From Antedon mediterranea (lineage: Eukaryota > Animalia > Echinodermata), in the NCBI RefSeq assembly GCF_964355755.1, contig NC_092672.1, positions 38,818,437 through 38,882,436 of the forward strand: a DNA stretch of 64,000 bases, given 5' to 3'. This document shows positions 35,546-48,900 of this stretch, piece by piece (the stretch's first letter is position 1; each line of letters begins with the position of its first letter). The translations under genes and the position numbers were made by a program. Below the pieces are notes generated by a model that was not told where the DNA came from, did no database searches, and was given only the letters and a program-made list of their open reading frames with translations.

Positions 35546-38500
35546 ATGGTGTACAGTTCTTTTTATCTTCCTGGAATAAGATTTATTAATCTTACTAGGT
35601 CATACATCATCCTTGCTGGTCTTACATCTGTTGTTTTCTGGATCACAGGTTTGTACAATAATTAGTTTTCATTTTTAATTGATAACATTTGATTTGAATT
35701 TACATTCTACTGTATTGTAGACCTATACTCTAAATCATAAAAGTTTAAATTATCTATATATTGCAAAATTGCTTTTTAAAGTTCGTACCTGAAGATTTTT
35801 TTTTATGGAGGCAAATGTCATTGATGTAACAAAATGCTTACAAATTGTTTTTAGGATTGTTTTATAAAAATTTAAAAATGTAAATTGTTTATAATTTATA
35901 TAAATTTAGGTGGACATGATGCTTATCTGGAGCAAACAGTAATCAAGTGGAGTATAACAACATCAGCCTTTGAGCTTGCCTGTATCGCATTTATCAAAGT
36001 TTTCATTCTCTTCTTTCTGTACACTAAGATAGAAGACTACACACTACGGATACTAGATGATCCTTACAACTTATATTTAGAGAGTCGCAAACGTCTCTAC
36101 CTTATCTTTATCTTTATTACGTCTTTCATCTGCTTTGGGTATGCGTGTGTCAAAGGTGGTTTGGTTCTAAACCTGCTTCTTAATGATGCATCCTACCAAC
36201 CTATGCATGTGATGTATAATGCACTGGTTATTGCATCAATAGTGTTTGGTTTAATAGATGTCTTGCTATGTTTATCATGCCCATATTTTCTTCGTAAATT
36301 GTTAATACTTCGCGTACAAAAACGCTTTAATGATGATCATCAAGAAATAGACGACAATGGAAAGGTGATGAAGAAGGAATCAAGTGTGTCTTTAGCACGT
36401 GTGATGGGTCTAGCTAAAAAAGTAAGTTCTTCTAAAAAAAATGTAGATTTTTAGAAATTCTTTAAAAAATAATTTTTGGAATTTTTAGATTTAAAAAATG
36501 TTGTTGGAAATTCAATTGAAATTTTTCTGGAAGATCATTCGTCATATATTTTCTGTAAACCTTGCAGATACAATGAGTAAGGGAATAAGTAAGGGAATGA
36601 GTAATGAGTAAGGGATTGAGTAAGGGATTGAGTAATGAGTAAGGGAATAAGTAAGGGATTGAGTAATGAGTAAGGGAATAAGTAAGGGATTGAGTAATGA
36701 GTAAGGGAATAAGCAAAAATGCATTCAATTTAGTTCATTCTGTGCAATAAGTAAATATGTTGGATGAAAATGAATTATTTTGAATAACGTTCATAACTAT
36801 ACTGGTACTTGAATAACAAACAAAGGTTTAATTGTACATTAAAATGAATCATAATAATAGCTTAAATTATTTTGTTTAGGAAGCTGGTATTCTGTTTATT
36901 GGAACGGTATCTCTGATCTTCTCAAGTGCGTCAACCATGGCATCCCCTCTATTCTTTGGCAAGGTCATAGATGCAGCAACTGACCCTAATACCAAGGACA
37001 TGAGTAAGCCAACATTATCACTCATCAGCAATCCACTATTACCATATTATATATATATATATAATATAATATTACCCATCCCCAATTTTCATTATTACTT
37101 TCCATTGCTATTTTACTGTATTAACAGTTATTGATATAAATAAGAACTCCACAAAATATAAATATTTGCTACATGGCTGAAGATTGTTTTTTTCTCTTGT
37201 CAGGTGAAGTGAATAAAGCTGTTTTGATATTGTTTGCCATTAATGCTGGTGGCGCTGTTGCCTCCTTCTTCCGTTCCTGGCTTTTTACACTTGCCGGTAC
37301 ACGTGTTGTGTGCCGTGTTCGTAGCAAACTACTTGCTGCCATTATCCAGCAAGATATTGCATTCTTTGATATGAACCGCACTGGTGAACTAACTAGTCGA
37401 TTATCTTCTGACACACAAGTTGTTCAAAATGCTATAACAGTATGTTTTATTTTTTTATTCTGCAGTCACTTTCAGTACTAGTGCACTAATTTTCAAAGTG
37501 GTACAGTAATTGGAAATATCATGACCAACATAATAAAGTAAAGACAAAAGAGTAATCAAAATTATAAATAGAGAAAATATACATTAAAAATAGAATATTA
37601 TTTAATTGATTATTCCTTATGATTGAATATTGGGCAATTTTATCTTATGATGTATAGCAAACTTAACTTTTTTTAAACAATTTTTTCCACGACAGGTGAA
37701 TATATCAATGCTGATGCGCTATTCATTCCAGATCCTAGGCTCACTGATTATAATGTTGGTACAAAGCCCATCACTCACTGGTGTTCTCTTGTCTGTTATA
37801 CCTATTGTGGCAGTTGGAGCTATGCAGTATGGTATGCTTTTATTAAATTTTACTGGAGTTGGTTTTCTTTAATTTTTTAGTTTAGTAGAAAAAAGGTAGA
37901 CATTTTCTGACAAAACCTAAAAATAGAAAAAACATAAAAATAATTATTCTTCTTTATTGTATCAAACAAAACAAAAATTTTTTCAATACAAAAGGTTGCC
38001 AAGATATAGCCAAAGCTAATAAAGCTTGGTACCTTTTATCTTAACTAACTTAAGCTACGAAATTATCAAATAAATGACAGAACTTAAAAGAAAATAAAAA
38101 TTTTATAACGTCAAAAACAAAACAAAACATTTTGAATAATAAATAAATAACATAACATAACATAAAGTGCTGTATGTACTATACTGTAATAAACAAAACC
38201 ATATCAGTTCAATAGATAATATCTGATGAATTAACAATATATAAAACATTGTAAATTATAGATTATTCTTTTATATACTTAAATAAAAGTAATTCTTTAA
38301 GTTGTTTAGAGAAAGCAAATCTAGATGTAATTGTTCGTAATTGTACTCTGCACAAATATATTTTTTTGGTACTCCAGTTAATTGTATTTGCAGTGGGTAA
38401 ATTTTTAAATAAAATTAAATTTGTGAGAGACAACTCTTTGATGTTAGTTTCCAGTTGTTGTTACCTTTAAAAATGATATTTTTGTATTTTAAGGTAAATT

Positions 38501-41260
38501 TGTGAAAGGAATCAGTAAAAAGTTCCAAGATGCCCTTGGGGATGCAAGTACCGTTGCAGAGGAGTCCATCTCAAGTATTAGAACTGTACGTAGCTTTACA
38601 AGTGAACCAAAAGCTATGAAAATGTACAACAAAGAAATTGACCACAGCTATGGATTTGGAAAGAAAATTGCTCTAGCAGCCGGAATATTCAATGGTATCA
38701 TTGGCATTGTTGCTCAGGTGAATGAATCTCTTGTGTATTCTTCCAAATAGAAACAATAATAAGTAAATGTTGTTTTTTCCAATGTGTCCAGCTGTAGGAA
38801 GTTAATCTGTACTATTTGTTGTTGATTTATTAGTAGGCCAAACTTCTGGGTGTACATTGCTGCTGTTGTCAATTGATATGGAATATGGTGGAAGAACATC
38901 AATAACAATGTCCTTTCCTTGTTTGTAGGGAGCTATTACATTAGTGTTATGGTATGGAGGCAAGCTTGTATATAACAATGTCCTTTCCTTGTTTGTAGGG
39001 AGCTATTACATTAGTGTTATGGTATGGAGGCAAGCTTGTATATAACAATGTCCTTTCCTTGTTTGTAGGGAGCTATTACATTAGTGTTATGGTATGGAGG
39101 CAAGCTTGTATATAACAATGTCCTTTCCTTGTTTGTAGGGAGCTATTACATTAGTGTTATGGTATGGAGGCAAGCTTGTATATAACAATGTCCTTTCCTT
39201 GTTTGTAGGGAGCTATTACATTAGTGTTATGGTATGGAGGCAAGCTTGTATATAACAATGTCCTTTCCTTGTTTGTAGGGAGCTATTACATTAGTGTTAT
39301 GGTATGGAGGCAAGCTTGTATATAACAATGTCCTTTCCTTGTTTGTAGGGAGCTATTACATTAGTGTTATGGTATGGAGGCAAGCTTGTATATAATGGTG
39401 ATATTACTGTTGGTGTTTTAACAGGTACAGTAAAACAATCATCAAAATAAGTTTATTCTAAATGGTTTAGAATTATATTACAAATGTGTAGTAGCCATCT
39501 AAACATGATTCATTAGAATTATTTATCATTTCCCTACATTTTCAACATCTAATGATCAATATGAAATTCAACCTAAAGAATTTAGCAACTGTATGAATGA
39601 GCAACATTAAATAATATTTATTATATTCATTTTTAATAGCATTTATGTTGTATACATTAAATGTTGCTATGGCATTTGCCTTCTTGAGTTCTCTGTATGG
39701 TGACTTTATGAAAGCAGTTGGCGCTTCTGTGCGTGTTTTTGAACTCATGGATCGTGTCCCAGACATAAGTAACAGTGGAGGAAATAAGCTGATAGAATTT
39801 GATGGAAGCATCAGATTCGAAAATATCAGTTTCACATACCCATCAAGACCTGATAACCCGGTACTTAAGGTAAATCAATTGAATTTTATATACGCATCAA
39901 GGCCTGACAACCTGGTATTTCAAGTAAATAAATTGATAGATATTACATACAAGGTTAGACAAGCAATTTCATGAGTTCTTTTATATAATTTTTTTTCAAA
40001 GGATCGGTTTGACAGAAAAATTACAATGCATCGAATAAAGGTCACAATAGTTAGCATAAAAACTGTTGTGATCTTTCTCAATGCATAATTTGTTTTCACT
40101 TTTAACAGGGTGTGACATTTAGTGTAAATCCTGGCCAGATGGTAGCATTAGTGGGCCCTTCAGGGGGAGGGAAGTCTACTATTGTAAACCTTATTGAGAG
40201 GTTTTATGAGCCTGAATCAGGAAGAATTCAATTTGGTAAGTTATTAATGCATAAAATACTTTGTAAATATGTTTTGAGAACTTAATCAGATACAGAAATG
40301 CTTATTTATAATTATTAACAATGGTTTTTTGTTGGTAGGGGGTACTGATTTAAAAACACTTGATCCTCAATGGTTTCGTAAGGAGATAGGTATGGTGAGC
40401 CAGGAACCAGTACTATTTGCTTGCTCTATAAAAGAGAATATCGCATATGGCAAAGATGCTGATGATGAAGAGGTAAGCAATATTTTCTATACTACAGTAG
40501 CAACAATATATTATACCAAAAATGTTAGGAAGATAATGAAAGTTATATCTATCTATCTATGTATCTACAGATTGTAGAGGCTGCCAAGCAAGCCAATGCT
40601 CACGATTTTATTGAATCCTTTGAAGATGGTTATGACACGAAAGTAGGAGAAAGAGGTGTACGATTATCTGGGGGTCAGAAACAGCGAGTGGCTATAGCCC
40701 GTGCACTTATTATGAATCCATCGGTACTCCTTCTTGATGAGGTTTGTTTTCTTATTCATTCATCACTGTCATCAATATATTTATATACGCTTTATAAATC
40801 AATCTATTACAATGTATAATTGTTATTTGTTGTTTTTTTGGTTGATATAGGCTACAAGTGCACTGGATGCAGAAAGTGAGTTTCTTGTGCAAGAGGCTAT
40901 AGATCGAGCCATGCAAAATAGGACAGTGTTGGTTATAGCACATAGACTATCAACAGTACGCAATGCATCTCAGGTTAGTACAGAAGAACATTTTTTTTTC
41001 TCCTTTTTTACCATTATAATATTGTGTGTGATAATGATTTCAATGATTAGTTCAGTGATTTAGATTATATAAACTTTATGTCTGTACAATATTTTTTAAA
41101 GGTCGTAGTTATAAAGGAGGGAACTGTGGCAGAAATTGGAACTCATAATGAACTACTTGAGAAAGGGGGGGTCTACAAGGACCTTGTACTGAGACAATTG
41201 AGCTCCGGAACAGAACCAAAACCTGAGAAGGACCATTCCATTAATGCAGATTTGGACTAA
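35546..41260 (+). CDS. ABCB-subfamily half transporter (TAP/ABCB9/ABCB10-like) with a hydrophobic N-terminal extension, 13 coding exons
   Basis: Exons 35546-35648 (start tentative), 35910-36421, 36880-37003, 37204-37439, 37696-37831, 38494-38717, 39349-39424, 39640-39869, 40109-40235, 40339-40472, 40571-40741, 40851-40973 and 41102-41260. TMD motifs [24 protein letters not shown] and [14 protein letters not shown]; Walker [10 protein letters not shown]-loop VSQEPVLF, signature LSGGQKQR, Walker B LLLDEATSALD and H-loop IAHRLSTV. Confidence 0.93.
36572..36712. repeat. Low-complexity minisatellite
   Basis: Units of gagtaatgagtaagggaataagtaagggatt. Confidence 0.85.
37946..38295 (-). mobile_element. 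Second copy of the LINE-3'-end-like dispersed repeat
   Basis: Near-identical to 2301-2644. It lies in an ABCB intron. Confidence 0.75.
38903..39395 (+). repeat. 70-bp tandem repeat x7 containing the acceptor and first 15 codons of an ABCB exon
   Basis: aacaatgtcctttccttgtttgtag|GGAGCTATTACATTAGTGTTATGGTATGGAGGCAAGCTTGTATAT. Acceptor AGs end at 38928, 38998, 39068, 39138, 39208, 39278 and 39348. Confidence 0.95.
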
Positions 41261-41370
41261 ATATGCAATCAAATTAAAATAATGGTAACATACATCCCTT
41301 TATTGTTTAATAATTATTAAGTAAATTATTATTGTACAATAATAATTATAATTTCAAATTTCAAATAAAT

Positions 41371-42759
41371 AACTCATGCTTCATACCATAGTATAATGCC
41401 AAACAACATAAAAAACTCATGCTTCATACCATAGTATGATGCCAAACAACATTCAAACTCATGCTTCATACCATAGTATGATGCCAAACAACATTAAAAC
41501 TCATGCTTCATACCATAGTATGATGCCAAACAACATTAAAACTCATGCTTCACACCATAGTATGATGCCAAACAACATTAAAACTCATGTTCCACACCAT
41601 AGTATGATTCCAAACAACATTAAAACTCATGTTCCACACCATAGTATGATGCCAAACAACATTAAAACTCATGCTCCACACCATAGTATGATGCCAAACA
41701 ACATTAAAACTCATGCTCCACACCATAGTATGATGCCAAACAACATTTAAACTCATGCTCCACACCATAGTATGATTCCAAACAACATTAAAACTCATGT
41801 TCCACACCATAGTATGATGCCAAACAACATTAAAACTCATGCTCCACACCGTAGTATGATGCCAAACAACATTAAAACTCATGCTCCACACCATAGTATG
41901 ATGCCAAACAACATTTAAACTCATGCTCCACACCATAGTATGATGCCAAACAACATTAAAACTCATGTTCCACACCATAGTATGATGCCAAACAACATTA
42001 AAACTCATGCTCCACACCATAGTATGATGCCAAACAACATTATTAAAACTCCTGCTTCATACCATAGTATGATGCCAAACAACATTAAAACTCATGTTCT
42101 ACACCATAGTATGATGCCAAACAACATTAAAACTCATGTTCTACACCATAGTATGATGCCAAACAACATTTAAACTCATGTTCTACACCATAGTATGATG
42201 CCAAACAACATTTAAACTCATGTTCTACACCATAGTATGATGCCAAACAACATTTAAACTCATGTTCTACACCATAGTATGATGCCAAACAACATTAAAA
42301 CTCATGTTCTACACCATAGTATGATGCCAAACAACATTAAAACTCATGTTCTACACCATAGTATGATGCCAAACAACATTAAAACTCATGTTCTACACCA
42401 TAGTATGATGCCAAACAACATTTAAACTCATGTTCTACACCATAGTATGATGCCAAACAACATTTAAACTCATGTTCTACACCATAGTATGATGCCAAAC
42501 AACATTAAAACTCATGTTCTACACCATAGTATGATGCCAAACAACATTAAAACTCATGTTCTACACCATAGTATGATGCCAAACAACATTAAAACTCATG
42601 CTCCACACCGTAGTATGATGCCAAACAACATTAAAACTCATGCTCCACACCATAGTATGATGCCAAACAACATTAAAACTCATGTTCTACACCGTAGTAT
42701 GATGCCAAACAACATTAAAACTCATGTTCTACACCATAGTATGATGCCAAACAACATTT
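41371..42759. repeat. 42-bp minisatellite (~33 copies) just downstream of the ABCB stop
   Basis: aaaactcatg(c/t)t(c/t)(c/t)acaccatagtatgatgccaaacaacatt. Confidence 0.97.
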
Positions 42760-44260
42760 TGTAGTAGTGATTTTTTTCCTTTCTGCTATACTAGTAATTT
42801 GTTAGCCAACAAAATTTATTAAATCAAGATTTGACAACATTTTTTTTACAGTTGCAATATTCACTGTGGACAGCTATAAAATACATTATGCAGCTTCGAG
42901 AGGATCAACTCGACTCAGATTGGAGAAATTTAGGTGTAAAAATTATAAAATATTGTATTCTCAATCTGTAGAACAAAGTAATTTTTTCAGGTATTTCATA
43001 AAAAAACGTAATTAATTAAGTTTTATAAAGAGTTAAAAGAGATTTATTAATATTATAATACAACTATTTTAAAATAATTTTAAATTTCTAAACAGCTAGA
43101 GAGGCCTGTAATTACATAATAAATACATTGCAGTATCTGTCTGTTCACTATTGTCTATAAAATCTCAATTGTAATTATTTTTCTACATATTAATAGTGAG
43201 TGAGTGTATTGTCATTATTAGGTTATATGCATTATCATGCATATAACCTCTTGATTCTGTCAAAATCTTTGTTTATTTATTCCTTCCTTAGCACTATTTT
43301 GTCCGTCAATTATCTTGATATCAGTTTCATCTAGCTAAGTCAATTTTTCAGAGTATATTCCTTATGTCCAGGAATCGATGTGGTTATGTTTTCAAGGTGC
43401 GCAATCAAAAATTACGCGGTCTACGCGCGATTTAACGAAATCACGTTTGTAATCATATCTTCACAAGCATGAATTACAATTAAACAAAATTTGGTACTCA
43501 TAAATTTCAGGTCATATTTCATCATATGGCAATACAATGACGTGTGTAGCGCATATAACGCATGCGTACGCGCGCTTAAAATTTTCAAAATTGTCAAAAT
43601 TTATTTTCGATGAAATTAGAGTATGTTTCAGGCAATTTTAAACGATTAAAAAATTGCCATGAGTGCGCAGATTTTTGCACGCGCACTGCGCGTTAAACGT
43701 TAATGCGCACTATTTTTGTCCGATTTCTGTTGTACAATCTTTCTTTAATAATATCATCATATTTTATTCACTTTTCAACGCGAAATTGCGTTATACAAGC
43801 ACGTCAAAAGTGACAGGCTACGCACGTGTAAGTTAACAAAATGGTGAAAATATGCTAAATTTTAAAATTAATATAGATCGTCAGAATGCTCGGGAACACC
43901 TATTTTTTATTTCATTTTCTTGAAGTGTATGTATCTTATGTATGATTTATTATGAAATTAAGAGAACAAAAGTTGATTAAGTCATCATTAATTGCATTTT
44001 AAATTTAACAAATTATGACATTTTCTTAGGCCAAAATAACAAATTTAACAGTAACTTTCTTCCTTAATATGTTCATATATTAAAGTTAAAAGTATATAGT
44101 TTGACAGTGCATCATTTTTTTTACATTTTTAAAGATGTCATCATAGTAAAAAATTATAATTCATTGCGGTATGTAATAATCTATTTGCACCAAAGTGGTT
44201 ACTGCATAGTAAATACACGGAGGAATTTTTCTACAATTTTTAGTCAGTTGTGTATGGCTC

Positions 44261-45170
44261 TGTCACGATAAATATGGTCCGGGGCCAAAATCGGTCCGGC
44301 CGGACCAGTTTTGGCTCTAAAATTGTGGCCAAAAGCAGTCCGCCACTGCCAAAATCGGTCCGGGCTTTTCTTCTGTTGATTTTAATTGAATTACTAGGCC
44401 TATGATGCTGTTTTAAGTTGTTTATGGCTAGAAAAATATCCCATGATATATATTTAGTAAGTTATTTTGTCGGATAAATACTATAAATAAATGTATTTTA
44501 TCTACAAACATGACTTAGGTGTTCACTCATATTTCGGCCTGCCACACACTCACATGAACGGGTATGAGACGCTGATATTGCCAGCTAGATTTTATTTATG
44601 ATTGAGGCCTTTTTCCTTCCTCAGCCTAATCAATATTGGATAATTGTTTTATAATAATTGTATTGAATTGATATATTGATTGATTAACCATTAATAATTA
44701 ATAAATTAAATTGTTTTTAACATCATGGGGAAACGAAGATGTTAAAAAAGAACAATATGGATTAAAAACAGGCAGAGATACATATTGTATACAAAAAGCC
44801 TAACAATTAGTACTTATTATTGATGAGTTACTACTAATAATGATAATTAAAAAAACAGGCTTAATTTATAATATTAAAATAACAAATAAAACCCATAGTT
44901 TTCAATATAATGACTAATACATTTTTTTTAATGATATAATACATTATGACTCATTTTGCGCACCATATATTTGTAAGACCGGACCATATTTGGCGGCCAA
45001 AAACAGTCCTACTGCCCGGACCGATTTTATCCAGGCCGGACCAGTTTTGGCGGCCAAAATTGGTCCGGCCGGACAGGTTTTGGCAGCCATAAATGGTCCC
45101 CCGGACTGATTTTGGCAGCCAAAACTGGTCCGCCGGACCGATTTTGGCCCGGACTGATTTTGGTGTGACA
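44261..45170. mobile_element. Ginger-like MITE (TGT...ACA)
   Basis: Termini TGTCAC/GTGACA, a 4-bp TSD gctc (44257-60 and 45171-74), and repeated ggaccg(a)ttttggc subterminal motifs in inverted orientation. Confidence 0.8.
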
Positions 45171-45533
45171 GCTCGATGGTCTGTGCTCGTGTCTATGGCA
45201 TTCAAGGTACCGAGATCGAGTCTCACCTTGGGAAACGAAATAAGATTTTTTTTATTATCCGTATTGTTTGTTCAAATGTATTTGTTAGTGTATAGATTAT
45301 ACACATGATTTATAATGAAATCTAGATAAAAATTAACTTATGTCTTTATTATTATGTAACAACAAATGTGGTTTATACGCATATGGATCTTTGATCGGAT
45401 TGTGATACCGGCTATGGTGTTCGCGTTAGCAAGGTCCTATCATATATTATAAATAATTAAAGATTCTGAGAAAATCAATCAATCAATATATCTTTTAAAA
45501 ATCAATTATCTTTATTTAAATCAATGCATATAA

Positions 45534-45568
45534 CCTATAATTCGTCATAGTGACGAATTAAATCTAGT
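45534..45568 (+). mobile_element. 3' end of a second Helitron/Helentron-like element (5' end unresolved, possibly ~43300)
   Basis: cctataattcgtcatagtgacgaattaaatCTAGt is nearly identical to 34001-34036. Confidence 0.6.
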
Positions 45569-45976
45569 TGCATTAATGTTTTTGCATTAGGCTTACTTCA
45601 GTAAGTTCAGTAATTATGGATTATATTAGTATATGCCTTGATAAATAAAATTCATTCTTTTCGTTTATTGTAAAAGTACTAAAATTGATATTGAATAAAA
45701 TGCAACAATTATAGTAATAGTGTAGTAGATTTTATCACCTTATTGTCTAATCTAATTTATTTATGTGAAATAAAGTTAATTATGTTAAGCAAGTACAGTC
45801 TTACAATGTTATTAATTATATACTGCATTACATACTACGTACGTATTGATTCTAATTACATGTTTAGCAATAAATAAATAAAAGTATTCTCCATCAATGA
45901 CCACATGTTTGGGTTAATACGGCGCGCCATACATATATGACTGTTTAATTATTGGCGGTTGACTTTTCTGAGAAGT

Positions 45977-48900
45977 ATGGCTTCACTTGTAACAGAAGTA
46001 TTGGCACATTCAGGTAAAATGTGGCATGTGAAAATAAGTAGAAAAGTTGTTGTTTTAGTAATTTAAGAGAATTAGGCTCAATTAATCAATGCAGACATTC
46101 AGACGGCCCCGTCCACCGCTTCTTGTTGAGAATCTAACCTAGTCCTAGCTAGGCTATAGAAGGCTAGTCTTGTTTGTAGTAGGCTAAGCGAGCTGACGAG
46201 GCCTGTCGCTGAGCCTCATCAGGAGGCCTAACTACTCGCTCGGCAAGATTGATTATTTTGTGTGGCCGTCCGATTTATATGACACGCCACTCTCGTCAAA
46301 ATTAGTATGCACTGTGCCACCAATTTTGACTGTTATTATATAACCATGGATATAAATGGCGTTGTTAACTACAGTATTTTAACTCCCTGCTGTCAGTTTA
46401 CAACTAACAATACATTGACAGGGTCTGAATTAAACACCAACTCTTCATCACAAGAGGTGGGGTCTTAAAATTTTAAATCATGAAAATAATAAAGTATTAC
46501 ACTGTCACTAGCGGCTAGTAGCCTAGTTAGACTTGCCCCAAGTCTGTATTGTCTTTTTTTTTTATTTCGATTTTTGTCTGAAAATACAGACTTGTAAAAC
46601 ACGTATAGAAATTGATTTGCAGACCGCAAACATCTGATAAGAGAATCACGTAGGTTATCATACCGTATTTGGCTATATGGGGCGGGCGGTATGTAAATAT
46701 GGATTTCGAATCAACCAATGATCATTTTGTTTCAAAATGAAAAAGATCGAGTACGTACAGTGCTGAATGACTTGTACGATCGAGACTGAACAACTGTTAA
46801 AATATAAAATCGTGTTGCCAAGTTGTTTTACCAATAAGGTACATCACCACCGGCACACGACAGAGCTACACACTACCACACAGGGACAGAGTCTGGGCTG
46901 GGTGGGAATTAAATCAAATTATCTCCGCATAATAAATGATCCATTCAATGTTTGATTTGCCGAGAAGCTAGCCTATCATATCAAGACGAGTTTTCATGTT
47001 CCCATCAAATGTTTACCAGACTACTAGGCATAAAAAATCATTTCTAGCCTTCAGAAACGTTCATCCAATGTACCCAAGTACACATTGTCTAAATGTAACA
47101 TAGCGCATGTGCATCATCTTAGTTGTTGAGTCTTTGAAATTCTGAAATATGAACAGCGTTCAGGCTTGTAGCCAGGGGGGGTTTTTATGGTTCGGGCGAA
47201 CCCCCCTTTACAGCGAACCCTCCTTAACCGACTGCGAATCCCCATCCCCGACATGCCCAATACCTCACCCTCATCTCCAAAAATCTTCCAAATACGTGCC
47301 CCACAGTACAAAAAGTTGTTTGTAAATTGAAAAATTTGTAAACTTGTTCGTGAACCACCTTCTCTGTATGAGCGTCAACTAGCGATACGTGTCTGTAAAT
47401 TTCTAAAAGCTGCAAATGAATTGCCGATTTTAACCTGAAAAATAAATGTTTGGTCCCTGCATGTAACATGATATTGACGCGTCTCATAGCGAACTGGGGC
47501 ACGAACGATTCGTACAAAGGACACCGCCAGATCACTGGCAGTCAGGCAGCATGCATAAAGTATATAGCCTTCCGACGTACATCAGTATTTATGTGTGACT
47601 ATGAAGTATAAGGTATCATAGAGGATTATAGTGAATATTAATATTTTACACTATAATATCTATGGTATCAAGTACTGTAGTTCACATTATGGCATCCGAT
47701 TATTTTTTTCTAGACCACCAGCCGATACGTACTAAAATGTATCAATATCACCTATTTAAATATTTATATTCCTCAACAAATTGCTGTAAATAAATATTAT
47801 AGATAGAGCTAGCAAATAGCATTTGCCTTCAACCAGTGTGCTTTTTTCGGGGCTGCTCCTAGATGTACGTTCGCATTGAACTTGAACGCAAAACAAAATA
47901 CGGAGTAAATGATCAAACAATCGGCGGTTCCGCACAGAGCACGCGCATCTAACATACGGCAACAAATAGTTATTGTCCTTTAAATTATCGACGTGTTTGA
48001 GAAGGAGGAAAAAAGTACAATCTTTTTGCTCATTGGTAGCATGCTGCACGAGAGTGTCTTTTCCGGCCATCTAGGGGTGTCATTTAACAAAATTCGCTTC
48101 GCATCAGGCCCCACCCCCAGGGGGGGGGTTGACCCAAATATTTAGTGTCCGAACCCCCCCCTTGACAGATCCTGGCTACGGCCCTGGCGTACGAGTGCAC
48201 CAAGAATTCTTGGTGTCAAACCAGGTGACTTGTACGTGTTTCACCAGACGGAGTATCCAAAATCAAGTAGTATACGTATGAAACGCCATATGTGCCAAAA
48301 TATTTATATTTTTACTAATATTTAGACAAAACTCCACCTGGAACCCAGACTATAGCCTAGTATGAACTGTACAAATATGAGCCAAACATTTTTTCAAAAT
48401 GATTTAAAAAAAATTAGGTTCATTGGAGAAAGATGATTTGGGCACACGACTTCGTAAGCTGTCTGGCAGTGTGGATGAAATTAAGGCAGAAGTTTACGAT
48501 ACTGTCAAAAAGAAGTACATGGAATTTCAGCCAAGTCTTGACAAGACGGTAGAATTGGAAAGTAGGGTTGATGAAATGTCAAATGAACTCAACAATTTAA
48601 ATGATCAAATCCAGGTCAGTGATGATTCAATGAATTATATGCTAGGGGAGAACATTTTCTTTTTTTGTAATGCTTATTTTAATCTTTTTATCAGAATGAG
48701 ATCAAGGTGGATTTGGACATGTCAACAAGTGATTTACAAGATATAACTGCCAGCCATTCGAAAACCAAAGCAAAAATACAGGTTCTATATACACTATGCC
48801 AGGTAAGCACAAGAACAATAAAAACTGTGGCTGTTCACAGACACAGACACACACACAAACATACAGGGGTGAAAATATAACCTCTTTGGTGGAGGTAATT

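Noticed and set aside
41436-42764. His-rich MMPNNIKTHAPHHS ORFs
   Set aside because: Translation of a 42-bp minisatellite, interrupted by stops.
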